From: Clostridia bacterium
Lineage (GTDB): Bacteria > Bacillota > Clostridia > Oscillospirales > QAKW01
Length of the DNA: 64,000 bases
Direction of reading: 5' to 3'
Assembly (NCBI GenBank): GCA_017436525.1
Contig: JAFSCX010000045.1
Location: forward strand, 17,253 to 81,252
The notes below the pieces were generated by a model that saw only the letters and a program-made list of their open reading frames with translations, searched no databases and had not been told where the DNA came from. A program made the translations under genes and the position numbers. Shown here one piece after another: positions 27,712-36,495 of this stretch. The first letter of the stretch is position 1; every line of letters begins with the position of its first letter.

Positions 27712-27787
27712 TGGTGATCCATCGGAGACTCGAACTCCGGACCCTTTGATTAAAAGTCAAATGCTCTGCCAACTGAGCTAATGGATC
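27712..27787 (-). tRNA. tRNA-Lys (anticodon UUU)
   Basis: GATCCATTAGCTCAGTTGGCAGAGCATTTGACTTTTAATCAAAGGGTCCGGAGTTCGAGTCTCCGATGGATCACCA. Acceptor stem is GATCCAT/ATGGATC, the T-arm is CGGAG-TTCGAGT-CTCCG, the anticodon loop is CTTTTAA, and the CCA is encoded. Confidence 0.9.
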
Positions 27788-27811
27788 ATTGCTTTTGAAT
27801 AATGCTTGTTT

Positions 27812-27840
27812 ATTATACAAGGTAGTTTTTATTTTGTCAA
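27812..27840 (-). promoter_or_regulatory. consensus sigma-A promoter for tRNA-Lys
   Basis: TTGACA (27840..27835), 17-nt spacer, TATAAT (27817..27812), about 25 nt upstream of the tRNA 5' end. Confidence 0.7.
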
Positions 27841-27930
27841 GAAAAAAATAGAAATATTCCAAAGGGGTCATATGAATGGCCCACTTTCATTATTAAGGCA
27901 GAGAAAACAAAATGTTTTCTCTGCCTCTTT

Positions 27931-28134
27931 TTATTCATTATCAATGAATTCAGCAATATCCTCCAGCTTACAACCTAAAACCTTACATAGCTTATCTAAG
28001 GTTTTCGTCTCCATGTTTTCATTGGCTCTTAATCTACGGATCGTTTTACTGTCGATCCCGCATTTTTCCCGCAACCAATAGGTTGAAACTCCCTTTTGCT
28101 CCATTATCTTCCAAAGCCGATCAAATATAATCAC
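27931..28134 (-). CDS. XRE-family helix-turn-helix transcriptional regulator (short, HTH_26-like)
   Basis: ...IIFDRLWKIMEQKGVSTYWLREKCGIDSKTIRRLRANENMETKTLDKLCKVLGCKLEDIAEFI. GTG 28134 with an AGGAGG RBS is preferred over the ATG at 28155. Confidence 0.7.
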   Translation of the reverse strand: MIIFDRLWKIMEQKGVSTYWLREKCGIDSKTIRRLRANENMETKTLDKLCKVLGCKLEDIAEFIDNE

Positions 28135-28148
28135 TCTATAACCCCTCC

Positions 28149-28177
28149 TTGACATTTTTTATTATGGGGGTTATAAT
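28149..28177 (+). promoter_or_regulatory. consensus sigma-A promoter for the SLOG/DUF1273 gene, overlapping the 5' end of the XRE gene region
   Basis: TTGACA, 17-nt spacer, TATAAT. Inverted repeats bracket the -10: TATGGGG (28164..28170) with CCCCATA (28201..28207), and GGGGA-N5-TCCCC (28190..28204). Confidence 0.6.
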
Positions 28178-28222
28178 CTCAAATATTAAGGGGATATATT
28201 CCCCATATCGAGAGGTGATTAT

Positions 28223-28663
28223 ATGAAGGCCTGCACCTTTTTTGGGCATAGGGATACTCCGGAAAAAGCCGAAGCATCTTTACGCATGGCATTAATTCAT
28301 TTAATTGAGCATCATAATGCTTCTCTCTTCTATGTGGGTAATCAGGGAAATTTTGATCGAATGGTCCGAAAAGTGTTAAAGCAACTGCAATTGATTTATC
28401 CCCACATTTCCTATTATGTAGTTCTTGCCTACCTGCCCTGTTCCTTCCAAGAGGGCTATGGTGATACGATTTATCCCGACGGGTTGGAGCGTATCCCGCC
28501 GAGGTTTGCCATTGATAAGCGAAACCGATGGATGCTGGATCGATGTGATTATGTAATTACTTACGTAGAATACCCTTTCGGCGGTGCCGCAAAATTCAAA
28601 GCACTTGCAGAAAAAAGAGGCAAGACGGTAATCAATCTTCCCTCCTTTTCAGCCCTACAATAG
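28223..28663 (+). CDS. SLOG-fold DUF1273 (YpsA-like) family protein
   Basis: MKACTFFGHRD...FYVGNQGNFDRMV...YVVLAYLPC...DKRNRWMLDRCDYVITYV...GGAAKFKALAEKRGKTVINL matches the CFTGHR / G..GfD / RNr.mvd / GGt pattern of DUF1273 as I recall it. Confidence 0.65.
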   Translation: MKACTFFGHRDTPEKAEASLRMALIHLIEHHNASLFYVGNQGNFDRMVRKVLKQLQLIYPHISYYVVLAYLPCSFQEGYGDTIYPDGLERIPPRFAIDKRNRWMLDRCDYVITYVEYPFGGAAKFKALAEKRGKTVINLPSFSALQ

Positions 28664-28701
28664 AAGAAGCTCCTTTCGGAAAAAACCGAAAGGAGCATTT
28701 T

Positions 28702-29775
28702 TTATGCAAAATAATTTTTAGTTGCAAGAGCAACCAGATAAGTAAGGAGGCCTGCCACTGTGGGAGAGCTGACCCACGCAATGGCGATATTCTTGAAGAC
28801 CCCGAAATGGACATTCCGAACCCCCTTCACAAGCCCTGCGCCCATGACAGCGCCGACCACTGCCTGAGAGGTGGAGACGGGAATATGCATCCATTCGCCC
28901 ATAATCACAATCGTCAAGGACATGGCGATAATCACCACAAATCCCTCGACCTGGCTGATTTCGGCAATGCTGCTGCCGACGGTCATCATGACCCGCTTAG
29001 AGAAGGTAAGGACCCCGATGGCAATCGCGACGCCGCCGATCAGAGCGGTGATGCGGGCATCGGTAAGAATATTGGCGGCCACGCCGGTCTTGGAAAAATA
29101 TGGATCATAATAAAGAGCGGTTACATTGGCAGAACTATTCAGGCCGATACTATAAGAGGCAAACGTTCCTGCCGCCAGATAGCCGATCTTGATGATAATA
29201 TCATAAGACCGCAGGGTAGTGATCCACTTTTCAAAAAACTTATCTACAATAAAGACCAAAACAAAAGAAATAACGGCGGCGCCCAAAGGATTGAGCAGCC
29301 AAGTGGAGGCGAATTTCCCGATCTGGGGCAGATTCACCGCCAGCACATTCGGGTCGCCGTAATCCGCGTGGAATAATCCCCATCCGATAATGGCACCGGT
29401 GATGGATTGATTGGCAGAGACGGGGAATTTTAAGTAGCTCATGATAAATACGGTGATTCCCGCGCAAGCAAAGATGATAAAGGCCTTCAGCGCGCTTTTC
29501 AGCCGAAGCGCATCTTCCTCGCCCGCTTCAACGGCCTCCTCCACCTCCGCAAATGAGGCGGTTACCCGATTGCTTTCGGAAAGCTCTGCAATCTTATCGA
29601 TATTATTCTGCCCGCCGATAAAAGCGCCCAGGGTAACCAAGACCGCGATGATTGCAACTGCATGGCGATATTTCACCACCCGAGTCGCCACCGCAGTGCC
29701 GAAGGCATTGGCGGCATCATTGGTCCCCAAGGACCAACCCATAAAAACGCCGCCCAACAGCAATAGATATATCAT
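28702..29775 (-). CDS. inorganic phosphate transporter, PiT family
   Basis: GTNDAANAFGTAV motif at the N-terminus and a second repeat PVSTSQAVVGAVMG. Polytopic, 357 aa. Confidence 0.85.
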   Translation of the reverse strand: MIYLLLLGGVFMGWSLGTNDAANAFGTAVATRVVKYRHAVAIIAVLVTLGAFIGGQNNIDKIAELSESNRVTASFAEVEEAVEAGEEDALRLKSALKAFIIFACAGITVFIMSYLKFPVSANQSITGAIIGWGLFHADYGDPNVLAVNLPQIGKFASTWLLNPLGAAVISFVLVFIVDKFFEKWITTLRSYDIIIKIGYLAAGTFASYSIGLNSSANVTALYYDPYFSKTGVAANILTDARITALIGGVAIAIGVLTFSKRVMMTVGSSIAEISQVEGFVVIIAMSLTIVIMGEWMHIPVSTSQAVVGAVMGAGLVKGVRNVHFGVFKNIAIAWVSSPTVAGLLTYLVALATKNYFA

Positions 29776-29781
29776 GTCATC

Positions 29782-30435
29782 TTACGCCTTTCTTGTAATC
29801 AGCATAATCTGGATTTTATCGGCAATATTCTCGATAATATCGGAAAGATCGCAAAGGGTCTCAATAAAATAAGCCAACTGCTGCTTCTGAGCAAGATCCA
29901 AATCGGCTCTGGAATAGGCATCTTCAAAGAGTTTCAACTCGATCTTATCCACCTTGGATTCCAAATCACGGATTTCATAGAGAATACCATGATCCTTCAA
30001 CATATCACCGAATTTAGAAAAAAGCTTATGAACGCTCTTCTCCAACAACTCAAACTGCTCATGGGTGATGGTTAAAATCCCTTTGATATCTTCTTTATAA
30101 TCGGCAGGAAAACGAAACTGCTGCATGACCATCATCACGGCAAGGTGCTCGCATTTATTGGCCACGCTATCGCAGCTGGTGCCGATGGTAATAAGATCCT
30201 GACGGGTAGCAGGCAGGAGAGAAGGAGTCTGCCCCAAGGATTCGATCATTCTGCTCAAAGAACGGTCGGCAGCCGCCTCCATCTGCACCACGCCGCTCTC
30301 CAGCGCACGCAGAGTCTCGGGCACTGCTTCCGGAGTAGCTGCAGCACGCATAAAATTCTCAAAATTGATCAAGCAGCCCTCCACATCCTTCAGCTGCTCC
30401 ATGATCAGATTGGTTACATTGCTTCTCTTAAACAT
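29782..30435 (-). CDS. DUF47 family protein (PhoU-like partner of PiT transporters)
   Basis: 217 aa helical protein directly upstream of PiT, which is the typical DUF47-PiT pairing. Confidence 0.7.
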   Translation of the reverse strand: MFKRSNVTNLIMEQLKDVEGCLINFENFMRAAATPEAVPETLRALESGVVQMEAAADRSLSRMIESLGQTPSLLPATRQDLITIGTSCDSVANKCEHLAVMMVMQQFRFPADYKEDIKGILTITHEQFELLEKSVHKLFSKFGDMLKDHGILYEIRDLESKVDKIELKLFEDAYSRADLDLAQKQQLAYFIETLCDLSDIIENIADKIQIMLITRKA

Positions 30436-30492
30436 ATCCGCTCTCCTTTTTATGATTTTATATATTCAGTATATCTTTTGGTAAATTCTTTG

Positions 30493-32307
30493 TCAATTTT
30501 TCTTCATTATATGCTTCAAAAACAATCCGTAGCCCTCCGGCAAGACCATTCCATCGGCGCATCCTTCGCCGATCAGAAGCGTTCCTTGGATGGGAACGGG
30601 GGTTTTTCCGAAATTCATCAAGAGAGAAAGCGCATCGCCCCGCTCATAGCAAAGTACACCCTTTTCATGGGAAATAAAACGAAATTCCCCTGCAAAGGCT
30701 TCGCGATACTGCTTGCGAAGAGCACCCAGGCTTTTATAGAAGCCCAGCAGCTCCCCATCGCCTCCGCCCCAAGGATAGGTGCCGCGGCAATAAGGATCTC
30801 CATAGCCCTCCATTCCAAGCTCGTCTCCATAGAAAATACAAGGAATTCCCGGCAGGGTAAATTGCAGCAGCGCCGCTTTTTTCATAAGAGCGATGCCTTT
30901 TTTCCGCTGCTCTGCCGATAGATAATTATCCGCTTGGAATTCTCTGGGCGGGATCGTCTCTGCGCCCAGCCGATTGAGGATTCTCGGAATATCATGGGTG
31001 GAAAGGATATTCATCAAGCACCGCAACGCAGGCTGAGGATAGCTTTCCAAAAGCTCTGTGATGCTCTCATAAAAGGCATTCGTATCGCCCTTTTTGAGCA
31101 ACGCCGCAATGGCATCCAGCCAAGGATAATTCATCACTGTATCGCATTGGCGGCCCAGCAGGAATTTACGGCGCTTGCCGTAGCTGACCTTCTCTACCGC
31201 ATTTTCCCAGACCTCGCCGATAATAATGCTTTGGGGATTTTGCGCCTTGACCCGCTTGCGAAAAGCTTCCAAAAAGGCATCAGGCAGCTCATCTGCCACA
31301 TCCAGCCGCCAGCCATAGGCGCCCCGCTCCATCCACAGGGCGGCGATCCCCTGCTCCCCGTTGATATAGCCCATAAAATCCGGAGCGGTCTCATCTACGC
31401 AGGGCAGGGCGGGGAACCCCCACCAGCAATCATATTTCTCGGGAAATTTTTCAAATTTATACCAATGATAAAAGGGACTTTCCTTGCTCTGATAAGCCCC
31501 CAATTCGGGATAAAGGCCTTCTTTATTAAAATAGCGGCTATTGGCGCCGGTATGAGAAAAAACCCCATCCAAGACAATGCGGATTCCCAGCTTCTTTGCC
31601 TCTTCGCAAAGGGCCGAAAAATCCTCATTTTCTCCTAAAAGGGGGTCGATCTGCTCATAATCGGCCGTACTGTAGCGGTGATTTTCCCCACTCTCAAAAA
31701 TGGGATTGAGATAAATGAGATCCACCCCAAGCTCTGCAAGATAAGGGAGCTTTTCTTGGATTCCTTTGAGATTTCCGCCAAAGAAATCATTGCCCTTAAA
31801 ATCGGCGCGATCTTGGGTAAAAAGAGGGCGCTCATCCCAGCGCTCATGATAGATTCTTGCCCCTTTTTCTTTTCTTTTTTGGGTATAATCGCCTTTATAA
31901 AAGCGATCGGGGAAGATCTGATACCAGATTCCTCCCGCCAACTCCTCGGGGGTATCAAAATCCTGATCATAGACCGTAAGCCGCCATTCGGGCAGCCAAT
32001 CGCCGATGGTAGCCTGATGGCCGTCGGCAGTGCCGATAAAGAGCAAGCCGCCCGCCGCTGTCTCTGCTTCAAAGCGATAGAAGCAAAGGCCCGCCCTCGG
32101 AAGGGTGAAACGCCCCTCAAAGGTTTCCTCGTCCACTCGCTCTAAAAAACGCACCTCCTGCGCTCCCTCTTCATAGCGAAAGACGGCGCGAATCCGCTTG
32201 CAGCAAGGCTCTTCCTTCAGGATCAACCGCAAGGTCATCGGCTCCCCCGCCCGCAGGGCACCGAAGGGGGTTTTATATTCTGTTTTTCTGCTGTCATAAT
32301 AAACCAT
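30493..32307 (-). CDS. GH13 alpha-amylase family glycoside hydrolase (neopullulanase/cyclomaltodextrinase-like)
   Basis: GH13 conserved regions VLDGVFSHTG, GWRLDVADEL, IIGEVWE and LSTHD, with an N-terminal beta-domain. Confidence 0.85.
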   Translation of the reverse strand: MVYYDSRKTEYKTPFGALRAGEPMTLRLILKEEPCCKRIRAVFRYEEGAQEVRFLERVDEETFEGRFTLPRAGLCFYRFEAETAAGGLLFIGTADGHQATIGDWLPEWRLTVYDQDFDTPEELAGGIWYQIFPDRFYKGDYTQKRKEKGARIYHERWDERPLFTQDRADFKGNDFFGGNLKGIQEKLPYLAELGVDLIYLNPIFESGENHRYSTADYEQIDPLLGENEDFSALCEEAKKLGIRIVLDGVFSHTGANSRYFNKEGLYPELGAYQSKESPFYHWYKFEKFPEKYDCWWGFPALPCVDETAPDFMGYINGEQGIAALWMERGAYGWRLDVADELPDAFLEAFRKRVKAQNPQSIIIGEVWENAVEKVSYGKRRKFLLGRQCDTVMNYPWLDAIAALLKKGDTNAFYESITELLESYPQPALRCLMNILSTHDIPRILNRLGAETIPPREFQADNYLSAEQRKKGIALMKKAALLQFTLPGIPCIFYGDELGMEGYGDPYCRGTYPWGGGDGELLGFYKSLGALRKQYREAFAGEFRFISHEKGVLCYERGDALSLLMNFGKTPVPIQGTLLIGEGCADGMVLPEGYGLFLKHIMKKN

Positions 32308-32608
32308 GCTTATACCTTATTCGATTTTTTTGGTTTTGTCAAGTAGGATACCCAATCACATTTGTCGAATGTTCCAATTTATCTTATTCTAAACAAATGA
32401 TTTTGGTTATTTTGAACAATTTTTTGATAAAAATTTTATGCAAATAATGGAATTTTAGAAAATACGTCAAATTTCCCTACCGATTTTATAATAAATGAGT
32501 TATACTAAAAAGTAGAAAAATATCCTTGCCGCTCATTTTTGAGGGAAGCTTGTCATAGACTGTCTCAAAAAGCGCGATGAAGATGAAATTTTAGGAGGAA
32601 CATTCAAG

Positions 32609-33823
32609 ATGAAAAACAAAGAAGCCCTCGCGATGCTTTTGGCAGGCGGGCAGGGAAGCCGTCTCTATGTCCTGACCCAAGAGACCGCAAAGCCTGCAAT
32701 TCCCTTCGGGGGAAAATACCGTATTATCGACTTTCCGTTGTCCAACTGCGTCAATTCCGGAATCGATACGGTCGGTGTATTGACCCAATACCGCCCCTTG
32801 GAGCTTCATTCCTACATCGGCAACGGCCAGCCTTGGGATCTTAATCGGATGAACGGTGGGGTACATATCCTTCCCCCCTATGTCTCCGGTGCTACCGGCG
32901 AGTGGTATAAGGGGACTGCAAATGCCATCTATCAGAATATCGAATTTATTGAAAAATATGATCCCGAATATGTCGTCATCCTTTCCGGCGACCATATTTA
33001 TAAAATGGACTACAATAAAATGATTGAGTTCCATAAAGAGAAAAAGGCGGATGCCACCATCGCCACCTTAAGCGTTCCCATGGAGGAGGCAAGCCGCTTT
33101 GGTATTGTCAACGCCGATGAGGACGATAAGATTTATGAATTCGAGGAGAAGCCTCCCGTACCCAAGTCCAATCGGGCCTCCATGGGGGTCTATACCTTTA
33201 CCTGGAAGAAGCTGCGCCATTATCTGATCGAAGATGAAAAGACCGAAGGCAGCAGCAACGATTTCGGCAAGAATGTCCTGCCCGCCATGCTGGAGGCAGG
33301 TGAGCGGATGTTTGCTTATCCTTTTGATGGCTATTGGAAGGACGTGGGCACCATCGAAAGCCTTTGGGAGGCCAATATGGATCTGCTCAACCCCAATATC
33401 CCCTTGAATCTTTCGGATCCGGATTGGAAGATCTATGCCCGCCACGGCCATAGCCTGCTGCCCCAATATATCGGCAAGGATGTGGAGATCGGCGAATCGG
33501 CTGTTACTGAAAATTGCTCCTTGAAGGGTTGCTCTCTTTGGTATAGCGTCCTCTTCTCCGGCGTCGAAGTGGAGGAAGGCTCCAAGCTGAATTCCGCTGT
33601 CGTTATGGAAAATACCAAGATTGGTAAAAACTGCACCATTAAATATGCCATCATCGCCCCCGATGCCATCATTGAGGATGGCGCGATCATCGGCGCAGAG
33701 CCCGAAAATTATGATGGAGAATGGGGCATTGCGGTCGTCGGCTCCGGCGCGACTGTAAAAGCAGGGCAGAAGGTGCTCCCCAAAGAAATGATCAAACCCA
33801 ATACTGTAAAGGAGGCGGAATAA
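32609..33823 (+). CDS. glgC: glucose-1-phosphate adenylyltransferase, catalytic subunit
   Basis: [24 protein letters not shown] and [12 protein letters not shown] motifs, with a C-terminal left-handed beta-helix. Confidence 0.95.
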   Translation: MKNKEALAMLLAGGQGSRLYVLTQETAKPAIPFGGKYRIIDFPLSNCVNSGIDTVGVLTQYRPLELHSYIGNGQPWDLNRMNGGVHILPPYVSGATGEWYKGTANAIYQNIEFIEKYDPEYVVILSGDHIYKMDYNKMIEFHKEKKADATIATLSVPMEEASRFGIVNADEDDKIYEFEEKPPVPKSNRASMGVYTFTWKKLRHYLIEDEKTEGSSNDFGKNVLPAMLEAGERMFAYPFDGYWKDVGTIESLWEANMDLLNPNIPLNLSDPDWKIYARHGHSLLPQYIGKDVEIGESAVTENCSLKGCSLWYSVLFSGVEVEEGSKLNSAVVMENTKIGKNCTIKYAIIAPDAIIEDGAIIGAEPENYDGEWGIAVVGSGATVKAGQKVLPKEMIKPNTVKEAE

Positions 33824-33825
33824 TC

Positions 33826-34941
33826 ATGAACGCACTTGGCATTATTTTCTCCGATCACTATAGCGAAAGCGGTCTTTTCAATTCCCTGACCGCCATCCGC
33901 ACCCCGGCATCCCTGCCTTATGCAGGCCGTTATCGTACCATCGATTTCACCCTCTCCGCCATGGTCAACGCCCAGATCACCAATGTGGGCATCATTGCCA
34001 AGGAAAATTACGGCTCTTTGGTAGATCATCTGGGAAGCGGCGAGGATTGGGATCTCAACCGCCGCAAAGGCGGCCTTACCATGCTCTCCCCCTTGGCCCG
34101 CCCCGATTCTCATACCATCGCCGCCCGCGGCAGATTGGATGCTTTGCGTTCCATTAAGGGATATATTGAAGATCAGCAGCAAAAATATGTAGTAATGGCC
34201 TTCGGCGGCGCAGTGGCAAATGTGGATCTGGATGAAATGCTCCGCTTCCATGAGCAATCCGGCTCTTATCTCACCATCGCTTATGCCGATATCCCCGCCA
34301 ATAAAGGGGAAATGACCCTCTCCATCGATCAAGACGGCCGGATCAATGATCTTGCTTATCTTCCCGCAGAGACGGAGAAGCCCTGCCCCTGCTCCTTGAG
34401 CATTTATCTGATGAGCCGAAAGGATCTTCTGGACTTTTTGGAAGAGGCTTATAATAAGGATTATACTCATATGAATCGGGAGCTGGTCCAGAAGAATCTT
34501 TCGAATAAAAAGATCTGCGCATATCATCATAAGGAATATGCCCGCATCATCCGCACCGCAGAGGATTACTTTGCTGCAGGAATGGAGATTCTGGAGCCGG
34601 CAGTGCAGAAGGGGCTTTTCCCCAAGGACCGCCCGGTTTATACAAAGGTTAAGGACTCTGTCCCCACCTTCTATGGCTACCATGCCAAGGTGGAAAACAG
34701 CCTGATTGCCGATGGCTGCACCATTAAAGGCACGGTCAAAAATTCCATCCTCTTCCGCGGCGTAACCGTAGAAGAAGGGGCAGTGGTAGAAAACGCCATC
34801 CTGATGCAAAAGAGCAAAATCGGCGCGGATAGCAAGGTTTCATATGTCATCACCGATAAAAATGTAACCATCGGTGCAAACAACGATCTCAAGGGTACCC
34901 CCAAGGCACCTTTTGTCATCGGAAAGGATAAAGAGGTATAA
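33826..34941 (+). CDS. glgD: glucose-1-phosphate adenylyltransferase, GlgD subunit
   Basis: MNALGIIFSDHYSE...RTPASLPYAGRYRTIDFTLS. Start trimmed to ATG 33826 (GGAGG RBS), 3 nt after the glgC stop. Confidence 0.85.
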   Translation: MNALGIIFSDHYSESGLFNSLTAIRTPASLPYAGRYRTIDFTLSAMVNAQITNVGIIAKENYGSLVDHLGSGEDWDLNRRKGGLTMLSPLARPDSHTIAARGRLDALRSIKGYIEDQQQKYVVMAFGGAVANVDLDEMLRFHEQSGSYLTIAYADIPANKGEMTLSIDQDGRINDLAYLPAETEKPCPCSLSIYLMSRKDLLDFLEEAYNKDYTHMNRELVQKNLSNKKICAYHHKEYARIIRTAEDYFAAGMEILEPAVQKGLFPKDRPVYTKVKDSVPTFYGYHAKVENSLIADGCTIKGTVKNSILFRGVTVEEGAVVENAILMQKSKIGADSKVSYVITDKNVTIGANNDLKGTPKAPFVIGKDKEV

Positions 34942-34946
34942 AATTT

Positions 34947-36365
34947 ATGCGAATTCTCTATGTAGCCAGTGAGGCTTCCCCCTTCATTAAGGTGGGCGGC
35001 CTTGGGGATGTGGCAGGAGCGCTTCCGAAGGCCCTCTGCCGTGCAGGGGACGATGTTCGGGTGATTCTCCCCTACTATGGCGCCATTCCTCAAAAGCTGA
35101 AGGATCTTTGCACCTATAAAATGTTTTTCTTCTTCAATAATTCTTGGAGAAGCCAATATTGCGGCATCTTTGAGGCGAATATCGACGGGGTAACCTATTA
35201 TCTTTTGGATAATGAATATTATTTCAATCGCCCCGAGATCTACGGCGCTTATGACGACGGCGAGCGCTTCGCCTTCTTTTCCAGAGCCGTTTTGGAGGCT
35301 CTGCCGCTGATCGATTTTATCCCCGATATCCTCCATTGCAACGATTGGCATACCGCCTTGATCCCCGTATTGCTGGATACCCAATTCAGAGAGCGGGCAG
35401 GCTACGGCAATATCCGGACGGTTTATACCATTCATAATATTGAATTCCAAGGAAAATACGATCCCTATATTCTGGGCAATGTATTCGGCTTGGACGAGCA
35501 GGCAAAGCCCCTGCTTTTCTATGGAGATTGCTTAAATCTCATGAAAGGAGCCATTGAATGCTCCGATCGGGTAACCACCGTCTCCCCCCGTTATGCGCAG
35601 GAGATCCTCTCGCCCCCCAAATCCTGCGGGCTGGAGCATATTCTCAACGCACGCTCCTATAAGCTGCATGGCATCCTCAACGGCATCGATACCGATCTTT
35701 TCGATCCTGCCGCCGATCCCCGTATCCCCGCCAATTTCTCGGCAGAGGATATGGCCAATAAAGCAGAAAATAAGCGGGCCCTTCAGCAGGAGCTGGGCCT
35801 GCCCCAAGAAAAGGAGCTTCCCCTCTTCGGAATGGTTACCCGCCTGACCCATCAAAAGGGCTTGGATCTTTTGGTCAATAAGCTGGATTGGCTGATGAGC
35901 CAGGAGGTGCAGGTAGTAGTCTTGGGTACGGGAGATGCCCAATATGAGCAATTCCTCCAAGAGGCCGCCGCGCGGCATCCTGAGAATCTCAGGGTGATCC
36001 TCGCTTTTGATGGCGCTCTTGCCCAGCGGATCTATGCCGCCTGCGATTTCTTCCTGATGCCCAGCGAATTTGAACCCTGCGGGCTGGCCCAGATGATTGC
36101 CATGCGCTATGGCACACTGCCCATTGTCCACACGACCGGCGGCCTTGCCGATACGGTTGTGCCTTATAACCCGGAGGAAAAGAGCGGGCGGGGCATCACC
36201 TTCCAAAGCTTCAATGCGGAAGATTTCTCCAACGCCCTTTGGCGCAGCATCGAGCTTTTCCATGATCGGGAAAACTTTACTTGCGCTCGTCTGAATGCCA
36301 TGGCAGGAGACTACAGTTGGGGCCCCAGCGTAGAAGCTTATCAGGCTCTTTATCGCAATATCTGA
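34947..36365 (+). CDS. glgA: glycogen synthase (ADP-glucose type)
   Basis: MRILYVASEASPFIKVGGLGDV and PSEFEPCGLAQM motifs. Confidence 0.95.
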   Translation: MRILYVASEASPFIKVGGLGDVAGALPKALCRAGDDVRVILPYYGAIPQKLKDLCTYKMFFFFNNSWRSQYCGIFEANIDGVTYYLLDNEYYFNRPEIYGAYDDGERFAFFSRAVLEALPLIDFIPDILHCNDWHTALIPVLLDTQFRERAGYGNIRTVYTIHNIEFQGKYDPYILGNVFGLDEQAKPLLFYGDCLNLMKGAIECSDRVTTVSPRYAQEILSPPKSCGLEHILNARSYKLHGILNGIDTDLFDPAADPRIPANFSAEDMANKAENKRALQQELGLPQEKELPLFGMVTRLTHQKGLDLLVNKLDWLMSQEVQVVVLGTGDAQYEQFLQEAAARHPENLRVILAFDGALAQRIYAACDFFLMPSEFEPCGLAQMIAMRYGTLPIVHTTGGLADTVVPYNPEEKSGRGITFQSFNAEDFSNALWRSIELFHDRENFTCARLNAMAGDYSWGPSVEAYQALYRNI

Positions 36366-36495
36366 GTATAATTTCAAAAAAATAAGCACATAATAGAGGA
36401 AAAAAACATTTTTTCTATTGTGTGCTTCTTTTTTTTATGATATAATACCTTTATTGTTTTTTAATAATAATATTATTTAATTATAGGAGAAACCC

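Noticed and set aside
27344-28700. An integrated prophage, ICE or genomic island at tRNA-Lys.
   Set aside because: The window holds no integrase, recombinase, or phage or conjugation genes. The repeats bracket only about 140 bp each, and the XRE/SLOG pair lies on the 5' side of the tRNA, not the usual 3' integration side. At most this is a scar or a miniature element.
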